This document shows positions 32,601 through 47,373 of a DNA stretch of 64,000 bases, piece after piece (position 1 is the stretch's first letter; the number at the start of each line of letters is the position of its first letter). The position numbers and the translations under genes are program-made. The notes beneath the pieces were generated by a model that made no database searches, had not been told where the DNA came from, and saw nothing but the letters and a program-made list of their open reading frames with translations. Source of the stretch: Utricularia gibba (taxonomy: Eukaryota; Plantae; Magnoliophyta); assembly GCA_002189035.1 (NCBI GenBank), contig CM007991.1, forward strand, positions 1,054,001 through 1,118,000, read 5' to 3'.

Positions 32601-35438
32601 CGTTAAGGAGCATACCAGTAGCTTCTTCTTATGTTGTTTACGCCGAGGAAGAATGCCCAGAGCATCAACCATGGATTCATCCAGTTCTGAAAAAACATCA
32701 ATGACTGGATGCCAAAATAATTTAAAATGTTGAATTGCTAAATCAGGAGATCATTAAAAACCTTTGGTCTGCAGTAACGTAGCCAGAACGCTTAAAGACC
32801 CCGAAACTTGAACATCATTCCCACCAGCAATGAATGAAAGCAAAGCATCCCTGTGAAATTGAGGGAAACTCAAAAATATGATCTCAAGCTAACATCAGCA
32901 CACTGAATCAGACGTGAGAGGCTGACAGTCAAATTACAACTGCACCAAGAACAATGAAATAACGGTTTTTGGGCATGCATCACAGAATGTAATCTAAATT
33001 CGTAAGATTAATTTTCTAATACAAAAGCTGACCAATTAATGAACAAAAAAGATTTATTGGAAAAGGTAACATATTTGAAATTGGACACACTATTCCAGCT
33101 CATATAGATGTGACTAGAATGCTACTATTCTATGTATAAGAATACCTTGGCACAAATATGTTCGAGTCATGCTTCAATACCCCTTCTGGTCCGAGGTTTT
33201 GGCACATTGAAGTCTGAGTAGTGCAAGCCAAAGCCATATCTCCCAAAGTGTTATCAATCTCGTCAGTATTGCGGCTACCTCCATCTGGAGTACAATGGAT
33301 GCCGTTTGGTTTTACCTCACAATTTTGATGAGATGTTAGCGGGCACAGAAGAGCAGCAGCAACAGTATTGGCCAGATCCTTAATTTTGACAATGCGTAAT
33401 ATGCAGCAAAGTAAATATAAGGCGCTGATTTCACCAAGCCTTAGATCCTGGGGGCGCAGAACAAGCATAAAGTTAAATGCGTATCTTTCACTAAATGCTG
33501 AATCAACAACACAGTTTACTTGATTTGAAGCTTTTTGCTGTGCCATCGTTAAAGAAGGAAGAATAAGTGGAAATATAAGAAGCCTCAAGATGTTCTCCAT
33601 TATTAACTTTCCAACATCAGGAATGCCAGCAGATACAACATCACTAAAATAGTACAGATTGTCCTCAATCTCGTCAACAAAAACAACAATAGAAGAGGTT
33701 GATTCTGTACATTGCTCCCTGCTTAAAATAAAATTGCTATGGTCAACACTAATATTAAAAACCTACCAAACTAAAAGAAATAATAATTGCATCTTACTTT
33801 GAAGCATTTGAAACAATTTGATTCAAATGCACACACTGATCGCGGAAAAAATAGACCAAATTCAAGAAATATTCAGCATGAGGGACCATTGAGACAAATC
33901 TATTCACGGCATCATCCCCAACTACAAAATAGAGCAAGCAAGCAGTTATTCACAATGTCAGAAAAACCAATAGTATTTGCATGTTGAATCAGAACGTACC
34001 ATGATATACATTAAGAGTTAACGCTCTTACAGCAATTCGAATCATACTCTCTTCATGAAACGCAAATCGGATTGCCTCAACATAGAGGGGAAAAGAAACA
34101 ACTTCATCCTGAGATAATGTTGCAACCATATTTGAAAACATTAAGTGATATGTTTTCTGGTTGTTCATTAAAGCAATCAAACATATTTAAAGGCTCAGAT
34201 TCCAGAAACCGTACATTTTGGGTCTTGACAAGAAGAGAAATAGTGTCCTTGTTTAGCTTGCCACTTATTGCCCTTTAAAGTCCACACAAAGATAAAAAAC
34301 AATTAAAAAAATTCCACCAAAGATCTTAGGTATAATAATGATTCGAACAATGAGCACATAAGCAGCAGATTTATGGAGATACCTTAGGAAGGATATGTAA
34401 TATGATAGCAGCTCTTCGTTTCTGAAGTCAAATGAGTAAGTTATAAGGTAGTTCACATGCTCATTGCTAAAAAGATAATCTGCAAAGGTTCCACAAAGCA
34501 ATGTTACAGACAAAAGATTAATGAGAGATGCAAAGTACAGAGTAGTTCTTGTATCCTACATATGGAATGGTCACTTTTAAGATTCTGGATGATTATGCTC
34601 ATTGTTTGCAATATCTGGAGGGAAACAATCACCGAATAACTGGCTTTCAATATACGTACAAATTCTCCCAAGACCTGCTTTTCCATGAAAAATCTGAAGG
34701 AAACCGAAGTTAAGACAACACACGAAAAGATAAAATAAATTTTCAACAGCTGAGAATTGCTCACTCAAAATATGAATGATCATGCTGGTCACCGTATGTT
34801 ATCAATTCTGCAATGGATCTCAAAGCTTCAACTACAAAGTCCTGCGCAAACTGAAGGCTATCAAGAAGAAAGAAAAAAAATTTCAAAAACAGTTGACATC
34901 CATTGAAACATAGAAAACATTACCGTGGTAACCTCATTTACACTTTGAACTTTCATAAGTTGATCAACCAGGGATCTGAAAAGCGAAAAAAGAAACGCTC
35001 ACCCAGTTTTCATAAAATGCTCCATAGCTCATCTAGATCATTAGCAAATCCATCCACCGGATCTACTCACACTAACTTAAAAATAGTTTTCTATTAAAAT
35101 ACTCTTGCAACGCTCGTGACTTGCGTAAAGTCACTCACTTTTTAAACTATGATTGGGAAAAATTTCTCGCCACAGCATCTCGATATACAATGTTAATCAC
35201 CCAGGATTTCAAAACAATTCTACCACTTGATACACGAAAGTCAAGAAAAATACGCTCTTCAATAATACTGCATCAGGACAAGGTCGTTGAATCATAAAAT
35301 TAAACACTCTAGCGACAGAGCGGAACCTTCCAATGGTCTTCTTTTAAACCAATACAATCAAACCCCCTTCCGCAAACTACAGTACCTGAGTTCATCGAGA
35401 GAAAATCTGTCTCGAGATCTCCAAAACGAAAGCCTCAT
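29692..35438 (-). CDS. TT9: TRANSPARENT TESTA 9 / GFS9 (CLEC16A-like, FPL domain) vacuolar trafficking protein
   Basis: Start [18 protein letters not shown]; [89 protein letters not shown]. Exons checked splice in frame. Confidence 0.95.
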
Positions 35439-35777
35439 TCTTGTACGACCTCGCGATCACACTTCCCTTCTTCTCTCATCAAGTTTCATCACAAGAAAGA
35501 CACGGATTCAGTGTTTTACCTGCCTTGAATCCCACCAGTAGTAAAGAAAAAAACTGTTCCACTCTCCTCCACTAGGAAGAAAAATCAACAGACTCTCCCT
35601 GTTGGATCCTTGGAAACGAAAACGGAAGCAAGGGGAGAATATCCGAGGAGGAATCTTCGCGATCGATCGGTAACAGCACGGCGAAGCGTAATCAACCACG
35701 GCTTTGGTGCTTTCCACTTTCCAGTCTTTTCTGTTTGCCACGTCAGTTATCAGAAGTCGCAAAATAGGAAAGAGGGT

Positions 35778-36085
35778 CTTGGGCCTCATTCGGATCTTTT
35801 CTAATACTGGGCTCAGGCCCATGGTCCTAAATTCGATTTTTTAACAAGTCTTGATTGAAACTTAAATAAAATCAAAGATAGAAGAATAGTAACATATTTA
35901 AAATTAAATATAAAAAACATTATCAATACAAAAAAAATGCGGTATTCAGTTTAATATTGTCGCGATGGGAGGAACAGTGGGCCCCATTGACTCGTAACCG
36001 AAATATTTTGAAATTAACTAGAAATACATAGCCTTCTTCTTTTCAACTCTGCGTCAGCTCTGGTTCTGGGTCTCACCAAACCCTA
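35778..36085. promoter_or_regulatory. Divergent TT9/HAG2 promoter with site II (TGGGCY/GGCCCA) elements and a telo-box
   Basis: TGGGCC, TGGGCT, GGCCCA and TGGGCC motifs between about 35780 and 35985; AAACCCTA at 36078-36085. Confidence 0.55.
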
Positions 36086-36095
36086 TACTTCCAAA

Positions 36096-39000
36096 ATGGG
36101 GACGAAGGAGGACTCCACTGGTTCGCCGAAGGGGCAGATAAAGCGTCGCCGTGTCGGATTCTCGGACAAGGGTAGGCTCCCTTCTTTTATCTGTTCTTTT
36201 TTTGCTCGCTCACCAGTTAACTCAGCCTTTGTTACCCTACACTATCTAGATGCTGGGATTGAGGCCAATGAATGCATCAGAATTTATCTAGGTACGCTGC
36301 TTCCCCCCTTTTGAACATTCTGTTGCTGTTTCGTAATGGAAAATGCAGTGCTTTTGATCCCCCCTGTACGAAGCTAAATGACTAGATACGATACTTGGCT
36401 TGAGAACTTGCTTACAAGATAAGCGGTAAATTGTTTATCCTTCTCTTTTTCGGTAAACTGGGGGAAATTTGTTTGTTAAAGTGCCATATAATCGTTCCTG
36501 GTTGGCAAGGAACATAGCAGTGAGAATGCTAGAGGGTCGTTGGTTCATGTTCTCATATATATATTTGGTCTAAATTCGTTTTATTTTATTTTATTTTTTA
36601 TATAATTTATGCAGGAAGTCGGGTATTTTCAATTTATTCTAATTAACTCTTCATCTAACTTAACGATATTGCATAGTTTTTAACAAGGATGAAGTGGGTT
36701 CTCCTAAAAGCTTCAAAATAGAACCAGTTGACTTGAACCATTTTTTTGAAGATGATGGGAAGATATATGGATACCAGTCTCTGGAGGTAGGATGTAAATA
36801 ATTTTGACTAGATGATATGCCTTGATGATTCTTTCTGTTGTTTTGGCTGATTTTGTGAGTATGATTTTTTCAATTTTTTTTTGTTTATTATAGCCAATTG
36901 GGGTAAAGGAAAAGCAATTGGAAACTTAAGTTATTTGATCTATTCACACAATTGTTACCAATATTTGCATTGGGAGAAAAAAAGCGATGGAATAGTAACA
37001 CTTAAGCCAAAAGAACTCAAGAAAGTTCTTTTATTCAATATCTCTGGTCGAATGATAGGTGTATAATTCCTTAAACAATGCAAGTTGTGAGGCCCATCGT
37101 TGTTGATTTTCGGCTTTCCCATTAACTTGGGATTGTGATTAATTCTTGTTGTTCATTTATTTTTTGGTTCTTTCAGGTCGTAATCTGGCTTAGTGGTATA
37201 TCCTTCCATGCATATCCTGATATTTCTTATGAGAGTTCATCAGATGTAAGCCTTTTAATTAAATAGACTGGCTTTTATTTAGCCTATTCTTCCTAGTATG
37301 AAAAATCAGGATGTACTGAGTTACTTCAAGCTTACATGCCATTTCCGTCTGTGAGATTTTCCCAGTCTGCTCGTTTAGAGATTACCTTCTACATTAGACA
37401 TTATTGCAGATTACATTTTGTGTAAATAGGTTACTCAAAGTGCACTTGCTGAAGCAAGTTGCTCTTCTGCAATTTTTTTTGAAAATTTCTAGCCTATAGT
37501 TTCCTCTGTAGCAAGTGAAATGCTTTATGAAGTGTTCTTGCCTTCATTTTATCGTTAATTATTATGCCCAATTTTTTAGTCGCTGGAATACCAAACTAGT
37601 AAACACGGAAGAATGCTATTTTTCTGGATTCTAGCTTCTTTGATATCGTTTCATTGAGTACTTCTAAATCTGTACTAGGGAGGCAAGGGGGTAACCGATC
37701 TGAGGTCCTCTCTTTCGGTAAGTTGTTAAATAATTGATTTTTCGTATTTCCCTTTTAACCCCGTACACACATCAGCTTCAATATATTCTTGACAGAATAT
37801 TTTTGCGGACAATCTTGTTTGGAGTAAAGATGAATTTCTTCAAACATTTTCAACTGATTGCAACTATATAAAGTAAGCGGATATTTGTACTTGCATTTAG
37901 ATCTCATTTGAAGGTTTTTTCTTCATTGTATCTAATCTTGTGTTATTTGTACTTGCATTTAGATCTCTTGTCTCCAATGCAGAATTACTGCCCAAAAGTG
38001 GTGTAAATGGCCAGGGTAGTAGCTCTCAGTATCTGTTGGAAGAAAATTCCACTGATGTAGAGGTGAATTATACTTATTTGCATCGTACAATGAATGTATA
38101 TTTTTAATTTATGGTATGTGCAGTTTATCTTTGTCGACTACTTCCATCGCCAGTATCAACTCTTGGTCCCTTCCCCCACCCCACCCCTCCTTTCCTTTTC
38201 TCTCTTTAAAGTATTCCCGCTGTATATGGAATTTGCGTCTGGTGCCTCATGTTCCTTTCAATTTAGCAGCGTCAACCTAGTTTGCTCTTGAGCTCTAGTA
38301 TTAGCGTTATAGTATTGCAGGTATTTCGAGTCCGAGGAACTTGGCTTGGGAATCTTTACTGCAGATTGGTCCCACTTGTTCTTCTTCTCATAGATGGTAA
38401 ATGCACCCAGCTGTTTTATGAGGCGGAATTCCTCTGTAATGAACTACTTTCCTGCTGCTGCAGGCAGCAATCCCATTGATGTTACATGTCCCAGATGGGA
38501 AATCTACATATTAACCCGGAGAAATCAAAACGACACGGGCATGTGTTTCCTTGGCTTTGCAGCTGTTTATCGTTTTCATAAATACCCTACGAGCACACGC
38601 CTGCGTCTTGGGCAGGTAACATCTGCCAACCAGATCTTAATTGATGATCCTATGAATTATGTTGCCTCGTCTGACTGTTTCACTCTGGCAGATTCTAATT
38701 ATGCCTACCTGCCAGCGGAATGGATTTGGTTCTCTTCTTCTTAAAGTACTAACCAATGTCGCAATATCAGAAGATTTGTATGACTTCACCATTGAAGAAC
38801 CGGTGGATGTAATTCAGCATGTGAGAACATGCATCGATGTTGAGCGCCTCCTTACCTATGGCCCATTGCATGACACTCTCACTGCATCTGCTTCCCGGTT
38901 GAGGCATCAAAAGAGTTTGACAGTGGAAAAACCCGCATGTCGATACGCACCCTCTGCAGACTTCATTGAAGCTGTTCGTAAAAGTTTCAAAATCACAAAG

Positions 39001-39345
39001 AGGCAGTTCCTTAATTGCTGGGAGATACTCCTCTACCTGAAAGTGGTGGATCAAGGCGAGGAAGGCTTGCAGAATTATGCAACATATCTGCGTAACCGGG
39101 TGGAAAATGAGGTGATTGGCAAAGACTCTGAAGGATCAGGAAAGGCAGTAATCAATATCCCGAGTGATTTTGATGCAGACGCATCCTTTGTCATGTTTAA
39201 GGTGAAGGGCGAGCAATCCATTAGCTTGGAAAGCGCTGATGAGCTCAAGAGAACTAGTCAAGAGGAGACTCTTAGGCAGCTTGTGGACGAAAGAATGAAG
39301 GAGATTAGAGCTGTGGTTGAAAAGATATCTCAGAAGCCCAAGTAA
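36096..39345 (+). CDS. HAG2: Histone acetyltransferase type B catalytic subunit (HAT1/HAG2)
   Basis: KRRRVGFS NLS; GGKGVTDL, RLVPLVLLLIDGSNPIDV, WEIY, GFAAVYRF, LRLGQILIMPTCQRNGFG (acetyl-CoA motif A), YDFTIEEP. Confidence 0.94.
37882..37967 (+). repeat. 24-bp perfect direct repeat (TATTTGTACTTGCATTTAGATCTC) duplicating a HAG2 3' splice site
   Basis: Copies at 37882-37905 and 37944-37967; the second spans the used acceptor (ttag|ATCTC). Confidence 0.9.
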
Positions 39346-41353
39346 AGTAGGCGATGCATCCAAATCTAGTTCTGGTTCCTTAGTTTTTTTTAGCTACTTT
39401 TGGAAGGAAACCCAATGAATTCTACTTTTGAGCTGGAGATGGTAAAGAAACCACTGCAGAGTTTTAGGTGACGGTTTTGTTCAGACATTTGATGGTTTCA
39501 GAAACTTTCAAAAACGATTTTGGAACGGTTGAAGAAGGTTTCTAATTATTTTGTAAATTAAAATATTTATTGAATGGCATTCCTATCTGCCCGTTTTCAT
39601 TCTACAGGTGGGCCCGAAATGAATTAAAACATTTGTTTTCAAATAATTTTTTTGGGGTAGTTTAATGGGTATGGACCCAGTGGCCCCATAAACATTTCTA
39701 AGCCCATACAAGCTCGTACTGTCCAGAACGACCGGCTCGGCCCAGTTTCATTAAAAAATTAGTTTAAAACCAATCTATCTCAAGGCATATAATAAAATGT
39801 TTTAAAATTAGGTTCAACGCATTCTCCGACTTTTAAATTAAATCTTTTTTACAATGTGTTGAATTGCCTTATACCTATTATGAAAATATTTGAAAAGAAA
39901 ATTTTAATTATTTAAATTTAAATTTGTGTATTTCAAAAATATTATTGAATCGAATTTAAAAAATCATAGTTTTGTATTGGGTCAAAAGAATTAGAAAATG
40001 GTTTGCAGTACAAGATATCAAAATATCAATCCTCACAGATTGGTATAGGCCGGAATTTGGTAAGTAATGATTAAAGATTTATAGTTTTAAAATTTCGATC
40101 GTTATGTATCAATTAGAAATTTTAAAATTTTAATCGTTAGTAAAAATATATGTTTATTTTTACTCGTACCAGAGTTTTTTTGAGCTGAAAGTAATGTCAA
40201 TGATTCTACTACTAGGAGATAGTGACAAGTATACAGAGAGACTCCTAAACTTTCATAAAGAACATGTTAAAAGGAATGATTTATAATCCAATGTTATAGA
40301 AAATTATTAACAATCATATGCTTGGACAGCAGATGGATAGTAAACTAGGAACACAAAATGTCTATTACTTGGAAGGAGGAAGGACTTCAAACCCCATCCA
40401 CCACAATGACCAAAACAACACAAAAATCCAAATCTAAATGAAAATTAGTCTATTAATTCCAATGTTATGATAACATGTCTCGCTCAATTCTAGTGTGATA
40501 TTGTCAAATGTCAATATAATTTTAGACATCTTCAACGATTCGTATTATATACTCGAAATCGATTAATTATAAGAAATCGTTCACTATATATTGACTGTAT
40601 CAAAGGCAATCAAATATCGCAACGAACTCGATTGGTACCGAGCAAAACCTACAAACTCGCACCACCTAATCCATGTATCATGTTCATTTTTTACAAGGTT
40701 TACCATTTGCAACAAAGTGGACATTTTTTTTTTTTTTAAGGAAGATCCGCGTGGCAGACCAGTCGCATGTTTAGGGTAACCGAGGGATCCGAGTCGTCCT
40801 TTTTAAGGGTCCGTGGGCCTAATCGGGGTGTTGAGTCAACTTGTGGGTTGCCGTTCCCGTCCCCAGCATTGAGTAACATGCCTTCACGTGCCTGTCTGCA
40901 CGACATCCGCATTCCTCTTTAACACACAATGTCTATATATATACATATGTTACTTTGGACACCCACAAAACATAACTTATCCCGATCATGAAGAACGTAC
41001 TTGTTACAGTTGAGACCTAGGGTTTTTGTTGGGGATAATTTGAATTTGAATTATTATTATTATAAATCTATTTTGTAGAATTTATTTATTTATTTATGAA
41101 TAGGGATTTTATTTTTATTTTTTTTTTGAAATTGTGGGAATAAAAAAAAAAAGGGAGGTGACCGTGGGATTTTCTCTTTTGGGCAGTATATATAAATATA
41201 ATTTAAAAAAGAAATACAATTGGGCTGAAAAAACCGCATCGTGGGGGTATAATACCACCGCACGGTAGATGCCAATCACGCACTCACTGCGGTTCATCTC
41301 CGATCTGCCGGCGTACGCTATATTCTCTCTGCAGATCTCTTCTCGGAGACGCC

Positions 41354-44300
41354 ATGGATTTGTTGCCTGGGGACTCGCCCCAGATCTTGAGGAAGAGTAA
41401 GCAGCGGTTCCGCTCCCTCAAGCTCGTAAACGTCAATGGTGACGACCTTCTTTCCGGCACGCCATTCGGGGTGGAGTACGGCCAACTTGCTAATGGCCTC
41501 ACTTACTATGTTCGAATCAATTCCAAGCCCAGAATGAGGGCTGCGCTTGCTCTCGCTGTTAAGGTTGGGTACGTCCATTTCTCTTAGCTTTCTGTCAATC
41601 AAGATTTCGGGGTCCCCCTCGGTGCTCGTGTACGTTACGCGAGATGAGAAGTTGTTTTTGATAGAGAATTTACGCTTTGGTTTACGACAGCTCAGTTTTG
41701 GAAGAGGAGGAAGAGCGTGGAGTGGCTCATATAGTTGAGCATCTCGCTTTTAGCGCTACTACCAAGTATACGAATCATGACATTGTGAAATTTCTTGAGA
41801 GCATTGGAGCCGAATTCGGTGCCTGTCAAAATGCGGTTACGGCGGCGGATGAAACTGTGTATGAGTTGTTTGTTCCTGTTGACAAACCTGAATTGTTATC
41901 ACAGGCTATTTCTGTTTTGGCAGAGTTCAGTTCTGAGGTTAGTGTTTGTGGTACTTCTGCTGCTTTCTTTTTGAAAATTTACTGAGGTATCTATCACAGG
42001 TTCGTATATCAGCAGATGACTTGGAGAAGGAAAGAGGTGCTGTACTAGAAGAGTATAGGGTAAGTAGGAACGCGAATGGAAGGATGCAGGATGCTCACTG
42101 GGCTCTTATGATGGAAGGTTCAAAAGTAAGGCCCTGTTCGCGCTGGTGTGCTCAACCCATCCTCTTCTGCTTTTTGAACCTTTTTTTTTTTTTTCCAGTT
42201 CAATGTATTTCGTTATCTTAACGCTGATTTATTTGCTGCAGTATGCTGAGCGTTTACCTATTGGGCTTGAAAAGGTTATCCGCAGTGTTACTCCTGAGAC
42301 TGTTAAGGGGTTTTATAAGAAGTGGTATCGTATGCAGAACATGGCTTTGATTGCTGTTGGGGATTTTCAAGACACGCAGGTTAATTTTTTTTTCTTTAAC
42401 TTTGTATGCTGGAATTCGCATTCTTTATTGTAAATATTTCTTTTGATTCACATTCACTATTCTTCTGTTGTGCTAGAGTGTCGTTGAGTTGATAAGGACT
42501 CATTTTGAGGGTAAAGTATCGTTACTTGATCAACCAACACTACCAGAGTTCAAAGTTCCGCCACATGAAGAGCCTCGGTTTTCAAGCTTTGTAGAATCTG
42601 AAGCAGCTGGAGTAAGTGTTGGATTTTCATATCCTATCTCTTAAAATCTATTTTATAATAAGTTCAAGTTAATTTTTTGATTTCCATGAGTTCTTCTCGG
42701 TTGATGTCAATTTGTTTATACTTACAAATACTATTGAATTGCAGTCTGCTGTGATGATCAGCTGCAAGGTCCCAGTAGATGAATTGAAAACTGTTAGAGA
42801 TTACAGGAACTTACTCGCGGAGTCTATGTTTTTTCATGCTCTAAACCAGAGGTTCTTTAAATTATCACGTGCGAATGATCCTCCATACTTTTCATGTTCT
42901 GCTGCCGCAGATGTTCTTGTTTTGCCAACAAAGGCTTATATAATGACTTCTTCTTGTAAACAAAAGGGGACAACTGATGCGCTTAAATCGATGCTGGTTG
43001 AGGTATCACCGCCATCCTCATTAACCCAAGTTTGATAATTCTCTCCACTTAGACCACATTTTTCAGGTTGCCAGGGTTCGTATACATGGTTTTTCTGAAC
43101 GTGAACTGTCCATTGCCCGTTCTCTTTTGATGTCTGAGATTGAATCTGCCTATCTAGAGAGAGATCAAATGCAGTCCGTTAACTTACGAGATGAATACAT
43201 TCAGGTAAGCGCCTGTATCTTTTTCGGGTTCCTGTTGGCTGCATAAAAAAGCATGTGTAAAGAGCTAATTTATTGATGTTGCAGCATTTTCTTCGAAATG
43301 AACCTGTTGTTGGGATTGAATATGAAGCTCAACTTCATAAAACCCTTCTACCTCGTGGGTATTTTGTAATTCTTCATTATGGCTCCTTTACTACTAGAAA
43401 ATCTTAAGTTTATTCTGATCTTGTCGCTTCCAGAAATATCAGCATCTGAGGTATCAAAATATGCTGAGAATTTTCGGACTTCATTTAACTGTGTCATAAA
43501 AGCTATTGAGCCTCAAGCATCCGCAACAGTGGATGATTTAAGAAATGTTGTTTTATGGGTCAATTCTATTGAAAAGGAAGGAAATATTTCTCCCTGGGCT
43601 GAGGAGAGGATCCCAGAAGACATTATAAGTGCATTGCCGAATCCAGGGTAAGCTCACATTGTCTTTGCGCCAATTGTTCATTGACCAAGTAGTTTTAGGG
43701 TTCATAAACTGTTTTATTCAATGGTATATATTGCAGTTAATAAACAAAGAACTTCTAGTTTTTTTTTTCTTTTCAGAAGTTGGGTGCTGTTTGCTGTTTG
43801 AGCATAGAACTCATGCTTTTGAATGGATATCTGCATCTGTGCAGAATTGTGAAGATTGTTTTGTCCTTTGTCATTTTTGCTAATTTCTATGTTAAATTTG
43901 TGCAATGCGTCTTGTCATATCATGTATCTCCCTGAGTATTATTCATCATTCTCGGTTTAGTTTCTGGTTTTGTTAATGGCCCTTCCATTAACTGGACCGC
44001 ACAATTAGACTACTCAGTGTGCTGTACTCCATTGATCCATCTGACCTTAACCGAGACTTTATAATTTATCATTTTTTCAACAGTTCATAGCCATGGTGTA
44101 GAATGCCAATGATTCTATCTTACAGGTTCAAGTTTAATTGGCTACTAATGATGGATTTTTTTTGGGTTTTCATTAACAGTCATGTGGTGCAGCAATTTGA
44201 TTGTTCCAGTATTGATGCAACTGAATTGATTCTTTCAAATGGCATGCGCGTTTGTTTGAAATGCACCAACTTCTTCGATGATCAGGTAACATCATTGTAA

Positions 44301-47300
44301 AATAGAAATTTGAGCCCTTTGGTTTGTATGTGAGTGTCACTAAAATATTATCTTCGATGATCATCTGATTTTATGAAGCTAAATGTTTTACGTTGACTTC
44401 AAGAACCTCCTTTATGTTACTTTGTGTTTACCCTTTGTTTTTATTTTTATAAAAGGTTCTATTTACTGGATTCTCTTTCGGCGGCTTATCCGAACTCCAA
44501 GAAAATGAATACTTTTCCTGTTCGATGGGCCCCACTATTGCTGGAGAAATAGGCGTATTTGGTCATCGCCCTTCAGTATTACTGGATATGCTTGCTGGAA
44601 AAAGAGCTGAACTGGGCACAAGCCTCGGAGCATATATGAGAAGCTTTTCTGGTGATTGCTCGCCTTCTGACTTGGAAACAGCTTTGCAGGTTTGCTAGTA
44701 TGATAAGATGATTTGCATCTGAGATGTCCTATTATTCATTTCAAACTTTTATCTTAGCCTTATATCCAAACGCGTCTAGGTTAGTTGTCATTTCTGTGAT
44801 GCTGCTACACTTGCTTAGCTCATGGATTTTACTAGGATGAGCATCTGGATATTGTTGTCAAACTTTTACTCTCGCATTTTGCCCAAGTATTTGATTCATA
44901 TGTTTACTGGCTCGATTAATTGCTCCATTATCTTTTAAGTAGAGATTGTAGCTGATGCCAAAAAGTCAATGATGGCACAATGATACTGTCTCCGTATTTT
45001 CATTAAACTTTGTAGTGCTAAATAATGCATTCTCGGTCCATCTTTTCCATAAAGAAATTGTTACTGTAGATTGATTCAATAACTGCAGATACTGCCTCTT
45101 TGGATGCTTTCGTGTTGTTAAGTAAGAGTGCATAAGATTGTAAACTGTAGAGCACTCCTCCTATAGACCTTCACGTTTTTTCTTCTTTCTTCTGGCAGTT
45201 GGTCTATCAGCTTTTTTCAACGGACCTTATTCCAATGGAAGAAGATGTGAAAATAGTAATGCAAATGGCAGAAGAATCTGTTCGTGCTCAAGAGAGAGAT
45301 CCCCATACTGTATTTTTGAACCGTGTGAGAGAGATCAATTATGGAAACTCTTACTTTTTCAGGGTATACAGCTATGATGCTATCCTATTTTCTTTTATTT
45401 ACTTAGACCACAAAATAATTGCGAGTTCTTCCTTGCAGCCAATCAAAATTGGAGACCTGAAAAAGGTGGATCCCTCTAGGGCTTGTGAATACTTTAACAG
45501 TTGCTTTAAGGATCCGTCAACTTTCACTGTTGTGATTGTTGGTAATATTGATACAGAAGTCGCCCTTCCTCTTATATTGCTCTACTTGGTATAGGTTTTA
45601 TCTTGTTTCTTCTGATGTGTCTCTTCTCTTGCCTATATTAACAGAAATTTAGATATGCAGGGCGGAATTCCAAGACCTCCCAACCCCATAATGAGTTATA
45701 AACGTGATGAACTCAAGGGCTTACCATTTACCTTCCCATCCAGTGTTATTCGGTAAGATACTCGAAGTTCTTTCAGATTCTGTTGCATTTATGGTTCGGT
45801 TGTGCAATGAATCGGTGTGGCCTGCGTTCACCTGCCCACCCACCCCCAATTGTTTTTACGTTTTCTTCTGTGTTCATATTACACGTGTACTTACTGTAAC
45901 CTGACATAAAAAATATCCTTATAGAGAAGTTGTCCTGAGCCCAATGGTTGAAGCCCAGTGTTCAGTCCAGTTATGCTTTCCAGTTGTGCTTAAGAATGAA
46001 AAGATGGTAAGTTCGCAAATTACCTAGAACATTTTTAACTTTGATATCTGGTTACTTCATTGTCGTAATTGATTTTGTAAGGGAATGCAGCACATATTAC
46101 CCTGATAGATATTGTGTTTTCTTTGTCTTTCAGATGGAGGACGTTCACCTGACTGGATTAATGTGCAAACTCTTCGAAACAAAAATATTGCAAGTCCTTC
46201 GTTTCCAGCATGGGCAGGTACTTGCATAAATATTCTGCAGTGCCCATCTAATCCTCTTGAGATTTCTAGGCTTTCTGAAATCCATGTTAACCCACAGATC
46301 TACTCAACTGGGGTTTCAGTCTTTCTTGGCGGTAATAAACCTTCCAGAATTGGTGATATTCGTGGAGATATAAGTGTGAATTTTTCATGCGATCCGGACA
46401 TTTCCAATACTCTGGTCAGCCTTTTTTCATTTCTTTGAATGACATTTACTGTCTTACCAGTTGTTTCAGCTGAGTGGGCGGCCGGTGGGTCTGCACCATA
46501 ATTTCGTTGTACTTTATTCTCTAGTCAATCCATGCAGGTTAACCTTGCTCTAGCTGAGATCCAGCGCCTTCAAGAAGAAGGCCCTTCAGAGGTAGATGTT
46601 TCTACTGTCCTTGAAATAGAACAGAGGGCTCATGAGAATGGATTACAGGTTTGTTTTTAACAATAATGGGATTTTTTATTCTTCTACATTTTGGTTTTTG
46701 ATAACACGTTAAATTTCTTTTTTGTTTTTTTTATCAATGTCTATACAGGAGAATTACTATTGGTTAGAGAGGATACTACGGAGCTACCAGTCAAGGATCT
46801 TTTCTGGTGATGTTGGTGCTTCCTTCAAGGTTTGGCATTTTTTTTTTCATCTTTGCCCATTTTTGTTGTGTTCTTCACGGCGGCAAACTGATTTCACGGT
46901 CCCATAAAATGCTGCATGTGAGCATTTCTTAGTGGGATTCCAACGTGTTTCAAAGAATTACCTGTGCCTCAACAAAGAGACTTTTTCAAGGGAATTCCGT
47001 TTTCCTTCTGTCCTTGCAGATCCAAGACGAAAGCCGTATCCAAGTGAGGAAGACGTTGACCCCATTAACAGCCAGGATGGCGTTGCAGAGGATTATACCT
47101 TATCCTTGCAAAAAGCAATATACTGTAGTCATTCTCATGCCAAAGTTATCCCTCATCAAGAGACTTAAGTCGTTCTTCAAATCCACAGATATTAAGGTTA
47201 TTGTTCAGTTCTTCTGGTTATAGCGGGGATCACTTTCAAAGTTGATCTTTGAGGATGATATTTCTTACCAATGTCCCAGTCTTCTTGTACAGATCTTGCT

Positions 47301-47373
47301 TGGAATCGCGGGTTCAGCAATAATCGCCCACAGTATATGGAAATTGTATCAAAGGGCATCCAGATCTGAGTGA
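41354..47373 (+). CDS. Zinc protease PqqL-like (M16 insulinase family) with C-terminal hydrophobic tail, about 21 exons
   Basis: YGQLANGLTYYVR, inverted zinc motif GVAHIVEHLAF (HXXEH), LEKERGAVLEE; last exon ILLGIAGSAIIAHSIWKLYQRASRSE*. Confidence 0.93.

Noticed and set aside
35003-35065. Cryptic donor (CTGG|GTGAGC) or snoRNA-like stretch in TT9 intron 1
   Set aside because: The donor is only about 25 nt from the acceptor, and no proper C/D box pair or terminal stem is present.
43975-44060. Higher-complexity stretch in a PqqL intron considered as an intronic ncRNA
   Set aside because: No box C/D or H/ACA architecture or convincing hairpin recognised.
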